A stretch of DNA of 64,000 bases from a virus (Duplodnaviria > Caudoviricetes), in IMG/VR virus record IMGVR_UViG_3300031606_000339, positions 1 through 64,000 of that record; one strand, written 5' to 3'. Numbering within the stretch: position 1 is the stretch's first letter; each line of letters begins with the position of its first letter. Positions 27,086-35,364 of the stretch are shown here, piece after piece. The notes under the pieces are model-generated. The model was not told the origin of the DNA, searched no databases, and was given only the letters and a program-made list of their open reading frames with translations. The position numbers and the translations under genes are program-made.

Positions 27086-27162
27086 TGGCACCCTCGGTAG
27101 GACTCGAACCTACGACAAGCGGTTTAGAAAACCGCTGCTCTATCCAACTGAGCTACGAGGGT
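27086..27162 (-). tRNA. tRNA-Arg(UCU) with encoded CCA
   Basis: Acceptor ACCCTCG/CGAGGGT; anticodon arm GCGGT-TTTCTAA-ACCGC; ends GCCA. Confidence 0.96.
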
Positions 27163-27169
27163 AAGGGGA

Positions 27170-28120
27170 TTATAACTCGCTCAAGTCGCTGGCCAAGGGA
27201 ACAATTTCATCAAGAAAATTAGCCTCGGGTTCACCGCTTTTGTCATCGTCAACCACCGCCCTACCCTTATCTTTTTCCCAGTCTTTAGATGGTCTGTCAA
27301 CCGTCTCGTTTCTTTCTCTAACCGCCGCCAATACGTGACTCTTCATTCCCTCTTCTCCCATTTGGTATATGAGAGAGTTAAGGTCTTTTGGTAAGCACGT
27401 TCCGCCAAACCCTCTTTTCTGATCGGGACCGGGAACACGTGTGTGTGAATCGCCAACTCTATCATCCCTCGTCACAAAATTTCTAAAAGCATCAAAGTTG
27501 ATGCCCTTCCAATCACAAAATTCTTTTATCTCATTAAAAAAAGAGACCTTGGTTGAGAAAAAAGCGTTTTTCGCCAGCTTGGTAACCTCTGCTATCTGGG
27601 TGGTCGTAATGTCTACCCCAGTCCCTGCTATTTTTTTGTCTTCGTGGGCGAGGGCAAGCATTTTCATGAAAGACTTCACGCCCTTGTCTCCCGCTACTTC
27701 CGTGGCTACACCATATTTTTTCTTTAGCATCGGAACCCCTAGTACCCACCACTCGCAGTTTGTGACATCATCAAGCCAAGACCTTTCAGTTAAAAATTCA
27801 GGCATAAAATATACACCAAGGTCTTCGCAGGTTCCAACGGGCACGGTAGATCTCAGCACGACCACAGCGTCCTCGCTCAGCACTTCTTTCAGGTCTTTTA
27901 TCGCCTGCTCAACGATGCCCAAGTGGCATGAGCCGTCTTGGTTTGCCGGCGTTGGCACGCAGACAAAAACCAACTCACATTCGCTCATGTCCTTAAGCTC
28001 TGTGCCCTCTGGGCTACATTTTGTTGGGTCTATGTCATAAACGACAGATTCAATTTGACCGCCCGCAAAAATCCTAGTCGCCGTACCGACGTAACCGGCT
28101 CCAATGATACCAATTTTCAT
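27170..28120 (-). CDS. ugd: UDP-glucose/GDP-mannose 6-dehydrogenase family protein
   Basis: IGIIGAGYVG, VCVPTP, RSTVPVG, PEFL and GFGGTCLPKD motifs. Confidence 0.85.
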   Translation of the reverse strand: MKIGIIGAGYVGTATRIFAGGQIESVVYDIDPTKCSPEGTELKDMSECELVFVCVPTPANQDGSCHLGIVEQAIKDLKEVLSEDAVVVLRSTVPVGTCEDLGVYFMPEFLTERSWLDDVTNCEWWVLGVPMLKKKYGVATEVAGDKGVKSFMKMLALAHEDKKIAGTGVDITTTQIAEVTKLAKNAFFSTKVSFFNEIKEFCDWKGINFDAFRNFVTRDDRVGDSHTRVPGPDQKRGFGGTCLPKDLNSLIYQMGEEGMKSHVLAAVRERNETVDRPSKDWEKDKGRAVVDDDKSGEPEANFLDEIVPLASDLSEL

Positions 28121-28214
28121 AATAAGTAATTTAGCTAAAAAAAAGGAAAATACAATAAAAAAATCTCGCCGTGCCCAAATTAAAAGCACGACGAGATTCG
28201 TTTGGGGAGCTGTC

Positions 28215-28496
28215 TTACTCGTTTTCCTTAGCGTCTTGCGGGAGGCTTTCAGCGCTAGGCACGGTAGCGTCGACAGCTTGCTGGGGTGCGTTCCTCACAG
28301 TATCGCCTCTTGGCGCTGCGAGTGACTCCGACTGCATTTGCATCATTTGCTTCACGATATACCCCGTAAAGCCAAGCTGGAGGGCTAGCAGAATCATGGC
28401 CACCCTAGCGTATACAGTTTTAACCTGTGTCATGCCGTTCTTCGGCGTCGTTGTCGCGTCTGTGTTATCAGTTACTTCTTCTTGTTGTTTTGTCAT
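28215..28496 (-). CDS. Single-TM protein
   Basis: Central hydrophobic helix. Confidence 0.6.
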   Translation of the reverse strand: MTKQQEEVTDNTDATTTPKNGMTQVKTVYARVAMILLALQLGFTGYIVKQMMQMQSESLAAPRGDTVRNAPQQAVDATVPSAESLPQDAKENE

Positions 28497-28695
28497 AGAT
28501 CAAATCTCCTTCGTTCCTTATATCAAATATGTCAACTTCTTTCTCGCTTTTCGTCGAAAGGTTTTTAATCAGAAAAGTCTCTTCATCTAAGACCTCGGAG
28601 ACCTCGCCTCTCCAAGGGCTTTCAGCACCAGTTAAAACTAAAACAATTTTTCCAACTAGGTTTCTATTTATTTCTATTTTTTCGTTTTTATTCAT
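28468..28695 (-). CDS. Small beta-barrel (SH3/Sm-like) hypothetical protein
   Basis: LVGKIVLV...WRGEVSEV...FLIK strand pattern. Confidence 0.55.
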   Translation of the reverse strand: MNKNEKIEINRNLVGKIVLVLTGAESPWRGEVSEVLDEETFLIKNLSTKSEKEVDIFDIRNEGDLIYDKTTRRSN

Positions 28696-28996
28696 TGGAT
28701 TGGTAAATGATGTTCCCCTCGAGCATGAAGCATATTTCGTCGCAGTTCATCGACGATTTTATTTTGATCAGCTTTTCTTCATCGCCCCTCAGTTCAGTAA
28801 CCATTCTGTTGTATATGTTCTCGCACTCTTTTTCTATTGTTTTCTGTCCTCCGCAGCACTTTGCTCCCGCCGAGAGGCAGCTGCCTAAAGCCTTCATGTC
28901 TTCGCAAGACTTTAGCTCAGGGTGGCTTACCTGCTGATTCATCATTACGTAAAAATGGCTAGGTCCGTCTACGGAAAATATTATAGATTCAGTCAT
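28688..28996 (-). CDS. Cys-containing hypothetical protein
   Basis: ORF track. Confidence 0.6.
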   Translation of the reverse strand: MTESIIFSVDGPSHFYVMMNQQVSHPELKSCEDMKALGSCLSAGAKCCGGQKTIEKECENIYNRMVTELRGDEEKLIKIKSSMNCDEICFMLEGNIIYQSNE

Positions 28997-29342
28997 TATA
29001 TTTTTTAATAAATATAGATAAAGTATAAAACAGAAACAGAGAAAGCCAAGCGTTAAAAAAGAACGACGAGAAATTAATAAAAATTAGACACACTGAAAGG
29101 TTCAGCCAAATCGACAAGCACAACGGGCAGGTTATTAATCTAACATAAAAGGAGTCATGATAGATTTTAAGATAATTAATGTAAGTAAGCTGCGGATTCT
29201 CCTTTTGTTTCTCCTGATACTCATAAGTATGAAAGCAAAAGCCCACATTAAAGAAGTTGACATACTCAACAAAGGCGTTGCTATTAAACCATATGTTTAA
29301 AATAAAGCAAACGATAAGCGGGGGTTCTATTTCTTGAATCAT
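28989..29342 (-). CDS. Membrane protein with CPxC (DUF1360-like)
   Basis: LITCPLCLSIW plus hydrophobic helices. Confidence 0.6.
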   Translation of the reverse strand: MIQEIEPPLIVCFILNIWFNSNAFVEYVNFFNVGFCFHTYEYQEKQKENPQLTYINYLKIYHDSFYVRLITCPLCLSIWLNLSVCLIFINFSSFFFNAWLSLFLFYTLSIFIKKYND

Positions 29343-29343
29343 C

Positions 29344-29829
29344 TTACTCCAGTTTAAAAGAGCCGTTGCTTGAAAGGTCTACGGGTTTCTTGCATGAAAG
29401 GTCTTGAACCTGATCGGAGCTACCGTACCCGTCCTCTCCCCTTTCGGTTGGAGAAAGGTCGTCGGTTTCTTCCCACTCTATCGGGTGACATTTTTCTATG
29501 ATTAGCTGCGCTACTTTCGAGCCTTCGATGATGTGAGCGACCTCCCGCGAAAGGTTAATTAGAACCACGCCCACTTCTCCCGTGTAGCCTGAGTCAATAA
29601 CTCCAGCGAGCACATCTAGCCCCTGCTTGACTGCCAAGCCGCTTCGCGGAGCTACCCTTCCGTAATATCCCTTGGGGATTCTTACCCCAATTCCCGTTTT
29701 AATCACCTTCCTTTCAAGGGGTCTGAGGTAATTGTCCTCTGTTGAAAACAAGTCGTAACCAGCGTCCGAGTCATGCGCTCGCTCTGGGAGTTTCGCTTCC
29801 GGAAACATTTTTTTAATTTTAATATTCAT
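29344..29829 (-). CDS. dut: Trimeric dUTPase
   Basis: AGYDL, PRSGLA, GVIDSGYTGE, AQL and RG..GYGSS motifs. Confidence 0.95.
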   Translation of the reverse strand: MNIKIKKMFPEAKLPERAHDSDAGYDLFSTEDNYLRPLERKVIKTGIGVRIPKGYYGRVAPRSGLAVKQGLDVLAGVIDSGYTGEVGVVLINLSREVAHIIEGSKVAQLIIEKCHPIEWEETDDLSPTERGEDGYGSSDQVQDLSCKKPVDLSSNGSFKLE

Positions 29830-29851
29830 CGTGCGGGGTCGTCTCGTGTCT

Positions 29852-30301
29852 TTAACCTATCTTAATTAATTCTATATTATAGAAGTCAAAAATTGATTTT
29901 GCGAGCGTGTCTCTGCGGTACTCTTCTGCGTACACCACTTTACTTACTCCGTAAGCAGCTATCATTGTCGCGCAGGAAGAACAAGGTAAAAGAGTTGATG
30001 CCAAGGTGTCAACTTCTCCTCTAGAGCACAGGGATAAACAGTTCGCCTCTGCGTGAATCATGTAGACCCTGCGGCTATCCCTGTCATCCCAGAAGCCCTC
30101 ATCATCGACGTTCTTGCCTGAAGCAAGTCCGTTATACCCCAAAGCAAGAACCATGTGCTTTTCGTTCAAGGCACAGGCTCCGACTTTTTGAAATGGGTCC
30201 TCGCTTCTTTCTGAAGCTGTCGCCGCCAAGTTAAGGGCGTACCGCTCCCAGCTCAACCTATTCCCATCTGTGTTTTTGCTGCCGCTTGTACTCATCGACA
30301 A
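29852..30301 (-). CDS. dCMP deaminase
   Basis: RSEDP..KVGA, GYNG, HAEAN and PCSSC motifs. Confidence 0.9.
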   Translation of the reverse strand: MSMSTSGSKNTDGNRLSWERYALNLAATASERSEDPFQKVGACALNEKHMVLALGYNGLASGKNVDDEGFWDDRDSRRVYMIHAEANCLSLCSRGEVDTLASTLLPCSSCATMIAAYGVSKVVYAEEYRRDTLAKSIFDFYNIELIKIG

Positions 30302-30389
30302 GGTCGCCTTCAGTCTTAGACCAAGGGTACTTTACAAAAAGTCCCGTGAAAAAATACAATATAATTGCGGCGACGATTACCATCGGTAA

Positions 30390-30647
30390 TTAGCTAGTGG
30401 TTTTTTTAGCGTAAACCGACTTAGGTCTGCCCATCTTAGGTTTAACTCTTTTGACCAAGGTCAATTCGCCCGCCTCAACAGCCTTGTTGATTTTGGAGTG
30501 CACCGATACTCTAGAGAGCGAGCTTCCCATGCTTCTCGTCACCTCCTCTGCGGTGAACTCTTCGTCTGGCCAGTTCACGTTGACGGGCTTGCGCCCTCTC
30601 GGCTTTAGGGTCTTCGGTTGGTTGGTTTCTGTTGTGGTTGTACTCAT
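30390..30647 (-). CDS. Small winged-helix DNA-binding protein
   Basis: RGRKP, FT..E helix pattern, GRPK..Y wing. Confidence 0.65.
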   Translation of the reverse strand: MSTTTTETNQPKTLKPRGRKPVNVNWPDEEFTAEEVTRSMGSSLSRVSVHSKINKAVEAGELTLVKRVKPKMGRPKSVYAKKTTS

Positions 30648-30656
30648 CTTAGCTCT

Positions 30657-30722
30657 AGCATAATGCCTTATTAAACTTTCGTCAAAACTTTTTTTTGATT
30701 TTCTTAATATTTCTGCTACAAT
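30657..30722. promoter_or_regulatory. Back-to-back sigma70-type promoters at the strand-switch point
   Basis: - strand TTGACG(30685)-17-TATGCT(30657); + strand TTGATT(30695)-16-TACAAT(30722) with an upstream TG. Confidence 0.7.
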
Positions 30723-30729
30723 GAATCAC

Positions 30730-31191
30730 ATGACTGTTTTAGAGGCTAATATTAAACTTTTTTGCTGGTTTCAAGAAAACAATTGCTTTGAGCCCAATAA
30801 AAATATGCTAGAGCTACTGGTCGTAACCGACTGTCCCGAAGAGGATAAGGCTGCGATTCTGTGTGCTCTAAGAGAACTGGAACAAATGGGGTGCATAGCT
30901 TCTCAGCCGGTTGATGAAAGAACCTATTACGTACTCAAGAAGGACTTCGCTGCGGCCGCTGAGCAAAAAGTAGAAATAACTGGATACACCGCAGACATGC
31001 TCGCGGGGTGTCTGAATCATTTTTGTGACAAGATAGGCGACTTCAAGGATCAGTGTGACCCCGCAAACATCAAAGAGTCCGACATTAGGAACGCCATACT
31101 AATCATGCAGCACTACTACAAAATCGAACAGTCCATGTCTGAAGATATTTCTACACTCCCGGGCTTGCCGCCTGATCTTGAGGACGACTAA
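30730..31191 (+). CDS. Hypothetical protein
   Basis: ORF track; start set to the ATG downstream of the -10 box. Confidence 0.65.
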   Translation: MTVLEANIKLFCWFQENNCFEPNKNMLELLVVTDCPEEDKAAILCALRELEQMGCIASQPVDERTYYVLKKDFAAAAEQKVEITGYTADMLAGCLNHFCDKIGDFKDQCDPANIKESDIRNAILIMQHYYKIEQSMSEDISTLPGLPPDLEDD

Positions 31192-31198
31192 AAAACTA

Positions 31199-31227
31199 TT
31201 GACTCCAAAACAAAACGAACTTAGCCT
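31199..31227 (+). promoter_or_regulatory. Sigma70-type promoter of the large ncRNA
   Basis: TTGACT-17 nt-TAGCCT with no ORF downstream. Confidence 0.7.
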
Positions 31228-31233
31228 AAAGCC

Positions 31234-31641
31234 AGTTCTTTGTTAGAGTGATGACATTATAGCGCGGAAACTGATAAGTTCACCTCAAGCCCGTAAAAAG
31301 GCTCCAATCAAGAAGGTCACAAGACCTCACGTTACTTCGGGAGCGCGCGGCGTCCGAGATTGGATGGATATTTATATCAACCAGAGACTTCATCCCCCCT
31401 AAAGGGAAAAGGCTGGCAGACATAAAACCAAGAATAAAGTCCCATCACTTGTTGCAAAGACGAATTGAATACTTCTGGAAGGATGTTGCTCGTGAGCAAG
31501 TAACTCGGGGATAACGGGTGAAAGTGAAGGACTAAAGCGGGAACGCCTTCGACGCAACTAAGAATTGTACATTCTTAGAGAGGGAACCTATGTTCTTAAG
31601 CCTCCATCTAAGGGAAAAATAAAAGGCTGGCAGACAAAAAA
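31234..31641 (+). ncRNA. Putative large structured ncRNA (about 400 nt), family unrecognised
   Basis: ORF-free stretch with its own promoter and many nested helices, e.g. 31247-53/31443-49, 31303-09/31358-64, 31314-27, 31384-90/31437-42, 31486-99, 31558-78. Twice-repeated AAAAGGCTGGCAGACAWAAAA. Confidence 0.7.
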
Positions 31642-31679
31642 CTCCTTGATTCTAGCTCTTCCAAGGCTATATATAAAAT

Positions 31680-32477
31680 ATGATATCTTTAAATGATGCT
31701 GACAACCCAACCTTAACCCCCGACGAGATGAGGGACGGCACCAAGCTGTTTGTGGCGACACCTTGTTTCGGTGGTAATCTAGCCTACGAGTACGTAAACA
31801 GTCTTTTGGAGCTCCTTTACGTTTGCATGACTAACGGGGTCAATTCAGAGATTCATTTAGCAGCTAACGAAAGTCTTATCCCGAGAGGAAGAAACCACAT
31901 GGTTTCAGCGTTCATGGCTTCAGAGTGCACCCATATGATTTTTATTGATGCAGACATACAGTTCAAAGCTATGGACATCATGAAGATGATAGCCAAAAAC
32001 AAAAACATTATCGTCGGAGCTTACCCGCTTAAGTCCATGCCACCTGAATACGTCGTAAACTTAAAAGAAGAAGACGCTAAGGCTGACTCAGGGCTAGAAG
32101 TTATGGAGGTTCTAGATGCGGGTACGGGATTTATGATGATGAATAGGGGAGTCTTTGAGACAATGAAAGAAAATTTCCCAGAACTGCACTACACATCGGA
32201 CCTAGAGAGGGGATACCTGCTTGGCGAACAGATAAAAGACGAAGAATTGATGAACAGGCTCAAAGATAATCTCTATAGCTTCTTCGATACGATGCACGAC
32301 AAGGAAGACAACAACGCATACCTGTCTGAAGATTACGCGTTCTGCAGAAGATGGCAGAAGGTCGGGGGCAGGATTTGGCTTGACACTACTATAAATTTAA
32401 ACCATATTGGGAGGCATGCTTATCACGGCAACGTATCTCACTTACAGAATATGATTTCCTCCGAAGCTAACAAGTAA
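31680..32477 (+). CDS. GT-A fold glycosyltransferase-like protein
   Basis: FIDADI, AGTGFM and LSEDYAFC motifs. Confidence 0.75.
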   Translation: MISLNDADNPTLTPDEMRDGTKLFVATPCFGGNLAYEYVNSLLELLYVCMTNGVNSEIHLAANESLIPRGRNHMVSAFMASECTHMIFIDADIQFKAMDIMKMIAKNKNIIVGAYPLKSMPPEYVVNLKEEDAKADSGLEVMEVLDAGTGFMMMNRGVFETMKENFPELHYTSDLERGYLLGEQIKDEELMNRLKDNLYSFFDTMHDKEDNNAYLSEDYAFCRRWQKVGGRIWLDTTINLNHIGRHAYHGNVSHLQNMISSEANK

Positions 32478-32478
32478 A

Positions 32479-33162
32479 GTGAACTTTCACAGAGGCTTTT
32501 CTGAAGAGGTCAAAATCATTTCGCGAGACCCGCTGATTGGTTTAATTGATGACTTAATTTCTAGTGAAGAGTCCGACTTAATAGTCCGAGAAGGCGCACG
32601 CCTGCTAACCAGAAGCAAGATGGCAAGCCCAGATGGAGAACTGTTTTATGGAAAGGAAAGGACTTCTAGCTCTGCGCTGCTTGCGGGCTCCCCCGATTTA
32701 GAGAGTAAAGTTAAGGGCATCATCGGGAAGGGAATTAAAAGGCACTTCTTTTTTCGCGATAGTGAATTTGAAGACCTGCAAATGGTCCACTACAGGAATC
32801 AGGAAAAATTTAACTGCCACCACGACTCAGACCCCCCGATGAAAAGACTTTGTACCATATTAATCTACTTAAGTGATGTCACGAACCTGCAGCAACAGGG
32901 AGGAGCCACCATCTTCCCGCCCATAAAGACAGCCGTTGTACCAAAGAAAGGTCGAGCGCTCGTCTGGTATAACTACACCAACGATGGGGTATATGACGCC
33001 AGAGTGATGCATATCGGCCAAGCTATTAAGAACTTTGAAAAGTGGGCACTAAACGTGTGGATTCAAGACAACACTCTAGAGTTTCCCACGGATGATTTTG
33101 TGAGATCTGAAAAAGAAAAAAACCGCACAGAAAGCCTAGAAGGGACTAAGGTCATATTATGA
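32479..33162 (+). CDS. Prolyl 4-hydroxylase-like 2OG-Fe(II) oxygenase
   Basis: RTSS, HHD, LIYL, GGAT.F, H and KW..N.W motifs. Confidence 0.88.
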   Translation: MNFHRGFSEEVKIISRDPLIGLIDDLISSEESDLIVREGARLLTRSKMASPDGELFYGKERTSSSALLAGSPDLESKVKGIIGKGIKRHFFFRDSEFEDLQMVHYRNQEKFNCHHDSDPPMKRLCTILIYLSDVTNLQQQGGATIFPPIKTAVVPKKGRALVWYNYTNDGVYDARVMHIGQAIKNFEKWALNVWIQDNTLEFPTDDFVRSEKEKNRTESLEGTKVIL

Positions 33163-33773
33163 AGGCTAAAGTCATAGGTATATCGGGAGTAGCCGGCTCG
33201 GGAAAAGATTTATTTTACTCTTTGATAAGTAAAAAAATCAACTGCAAAAAGTTTGCTCTGGCCGACCAGCTTAAAGAGGAGTGCAGGGCACACGTCTTAG
33301 AGTCATACGGGGTAGACATCTTGAACTGCTCTAGAGAACAAAAAAATTTAGTACGCCCATTTTTAGTGGGGGCTGGGCTAACTAGAAGAAAGATGACTAA
33401 CGGTAGGTACTTTGTGGAGAAGCTCGAGCCAAAAATTAAAGAATTTATTTATAATTATTACTGCGTAAAAGGTAATTATGACTCTGTTTACCCCTGCGTG
33501 ACTGACGTCAGATATAGCTCGCACGAAAAAGACGAGGTCGGCTGGCTAAAAGGCACGATGGGCGGAACCCTAGTTCATATAACAAGATTCGATTATACTA
33601 AAGAGGGGAAGGTAAACGTGCCCCCAGCAAATGAAGAAGAAAAGAGACATGACCCCATCTTAAAGTCTCAGGCAGACTATATACTGGAATGGGAAACAGC
33701 AAAGGGCTCTCAAGAACAAATGGAAAACAGTTTATCGAGGTGCTTGGATGATTTTGTAAATTTTATGAAATAA
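33159..33773 (+). CDS. Deoxynucleoside monophosphate kinase-like protein
   Basis: GISGVAGSGKD, ALAD.LK, R..L...G and TDVRY motifs. Confidence 0.75.
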   Translation: MKAKVIGISGVAGSGKDLFYSLISKKINCKKFALADQLKEECRAHVLESYGVDILNCSREQKNLVRPFLVGAGLTRRKMTNGRYFVEKLEPKIKEFIYNYYCVKGNYDSVYPCVTDVRYSSHEKDEVGWLKGTMGGTLVHITRFDYTKEGKVNVPPANEEEKRHDPILKSQADYILEWETAKGSQEQMENSLSRCLDDFVNFMK

Positions 33774-33777
33774 AGCC

Positions 33778-33806
33778 TTGACTGCCCACTAATAACAACT
33801 TATCTT
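33778..33806 (+). promoter_or_regulatory. Sigma70-type promoter
   Basis: TTGACT-17 nt-TATCTT. Confidence 0.6.
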
Positions 33807-33816
33807 CGAGCTAGAT

Positions 33817-34122
33817 ATGAGTGAAAACACTACTAACACACAGAAAACGGAGTGGCAAAACCGAGAACTCGGCGCGCTATGGAAACGGACCTCAAAGAAC
33901 TCTGGCCAAAAATATTTGGCTGGGCATGTTAAAGAGGTTGACGAACACGGAGTGGAGAAACGCACAAAAGTCGTAATCTTCGCTAACCGAAACAAGCAGG
34001 ACGGAGAGAGGACTCCCGACTACCGCATCTACGAGTCCAAGGACGACCCGCAGAAACAAGAAGAAAAGCAGGCTAATCCTGCTCCCACTGACACGGGGGA
34101 GGCACTTGAAGACACCTTGTGA
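33817..34122 (+). CDS. DUF736-like protein (possible ssDNA-binding)
   Basis: ELGALWKR.S..G.KYL.G and PDYRIY; acidic tail. Confidence 0.65.
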   Translation: MSENTTNTQKTEWQNRELGALWKRTSKNSGQKYLAGHVKEVDEHGVEKRTKVVIFANRNKQDGERTPDYRIYESKDDPQKQEEKQANPAPTDTGEALEDTL

Positions 34123-35201
34123 AGTCTTTTTCTCTCAACCTACCCATTAACCAAGTCTCCTTTGGACAAGTCTCAACGACTTTCCTTAGGGGATTTTACG
34201 ATAGGAAGATAGAACCCCCTTTGTTTAGCATCGGGGGGACTATCGACCTTTCGTCTCAAAACCAAGACCAAAAATTTTTTGAATGGGTAGCTAGCCTAGC
34301 CCAAAAGTCTTACTCAGAGCATAAAAGATCTAACCCTACCCTGAAACTTTGGCACCTCAACGGAGGCTTGGAGTCATTTAGCAGAGAGCACTATTTGCTT
34401 ACATTTTACGAGCTAGATGAGCCCACGAAATCAGAACTAAACGTAGCCAAGTCTTGCGACAAATTAATTTTTACTAATAATTATTCGAAAGAAATATTTA
34501 AGAGCTTTAATGTAGACTCTCATGTAGTTCCCCTCGCTTTTGATAGGTATAACTTTGGAGTCACCAATAAGAAATATTTTGACGATGATAGAATAGTTTT
34601 TAACTTATGCGGCAAGTTCGAAAAGAGAAAGCACCACGAGAAGATTATTAGGGCTTGGGCTAAAAGATTTGGAAACGACAACAGGTATTTCCTACAATGC
34701 GCTGTATACAATACGTTCTTGAACGAAGAACAGAACAAAGAACTGTTTGCTAGGTCTGTCGATAATGTGAAGTATTACAATATCCACTTCTTGGGGTTCA
34801 TGCCTCAAAACGTCCTGTACAATGACTACCTAAACTCTGGAGATATAATTATCGCAATGTCAGGAGGGGAAGGATGGGGACTGCCTGAGTTTCATTCTAT
34901 TGGGCTAGGCGCTCACGCTGTAGTTTTAAATGCTCACTCCTACAAGGAATGGGCGACCGAAGAGAACTCGGTATTAGTTGAGCCGTCAGGGAAGATAGAC
35001 GCATACGATGGAATCTTCTTTAAAAAGGGTACAGAATTTAACCAAGGCAGGATATATGACTTCCACGAAGACGAATTTATTGCCGCCTGCGAAAAGGCAA
35101 TAGAGAATCATAAATCAAATCCAATCAACGAAAATGGTCTCAAGATACAAGAGAAATTTTCTATTGAAAATAGTGTTGACAGGATTTCAGAACTTCTTTA
35201 G
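34119..35201 (+). CDS. GT-B (GT4-like) glycosyltransferase
   Basis: GKFEKRK and S.GEGWGLP..H motifs. Confidence 0.85.
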   Translation: MKSFSLNLPINQVSFGQVSTTFLRGFYDRKIEPPLFSIGGTIDLSSQNQDQKFFEWVASLAQKSYSEHKRSNPTLKLWHLNGGLESFSREHYLLTFYELDEPTKSELNVAKSCDKLIFTNNYSKEIFKSFNVDSHVVPLAFDRYNFGVTNKKYFDDDRIVFNLCGKFEKRKHHEKIIRAWAKRFGNDNRYFLQCAVYNTFLNEEQNKELFARSVDNVKYYNIHFLGFMPQNVLYNDYLNSGDIIIAMSGGEGWGLPEFHSIGLGAHAVVLNAHSYKEWATEENSVLVEPSGKIDAYDGIFFKKGTEFNQGRIYDFHEDEFIAACEKAIENHKSNPINENGLKIQEKFSIENSVDRISELL

Positions 35202-35204
35202 ACT
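35176..35204 (+). promoter_or_regulatory. Near-consensus sigma70 promoter for the omegaRNA/tnpB unit
   Basis: TTGACA-17 nt-TAGACT overlapping the upstream gene's stop; predicted +1 at about 35211. Confidence 0.75.
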
Positions 35205-35210
35205 CAGGTT

Positions 35211-35364
35211 AGTTCCCCAAAAGGAACTCTAGGGCGGGTCGCGTCCGAAGTAACGCTCTCGGAGATATGAGTAGCTCATTAGAGTCTCAGCCAGAGAATT
35301 ACCTATCAGTCCTCTCGGAGCTTCGGCTCCGAGGGGACATATTTAAACGTCACCTTGTTGCTAA
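35211..35364 (+). ncRNA. TnpB omegaRNA (reRNA)-like scaffold located upstream of tnpB
   Basis: AGGGCGGGTCGCGTCCGAAGTAACGCTCTCGGAGA...TCTC-AGCC-AGAGAA matches the recalled IS605 omegaRNA pattern. Also a 5' hairpin (35211-28) and a 13-bp C(UUCG)G hairpin (35309-38). Confidence 0.7.

Noticed and set aside
27441-28040. Long antisense ORFs (this one, 9212-9652, 14373-14804 and others)
   Set aside because: They lie opposite well-supported genes and show no motifs.
31234-31641. Identification as tmRNA, RNase P RNA, group II intron or a complete group I intron
   Set aside because: No tRNA-like ends or tag frame, no complete RNase P P4 pair, no domain V, no buildable P3-P6 and no flanking exons.
31945-31958. 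TTGAT+GCAGACATA as a TAM-flanked self-target of a guide from the ncRNA motif
   Set aside because: Only 9 nt match and the TAM is unknown. Similar matches occur at 27959 and 30991, so chance is sufficient; re-examine once the TAM is known.
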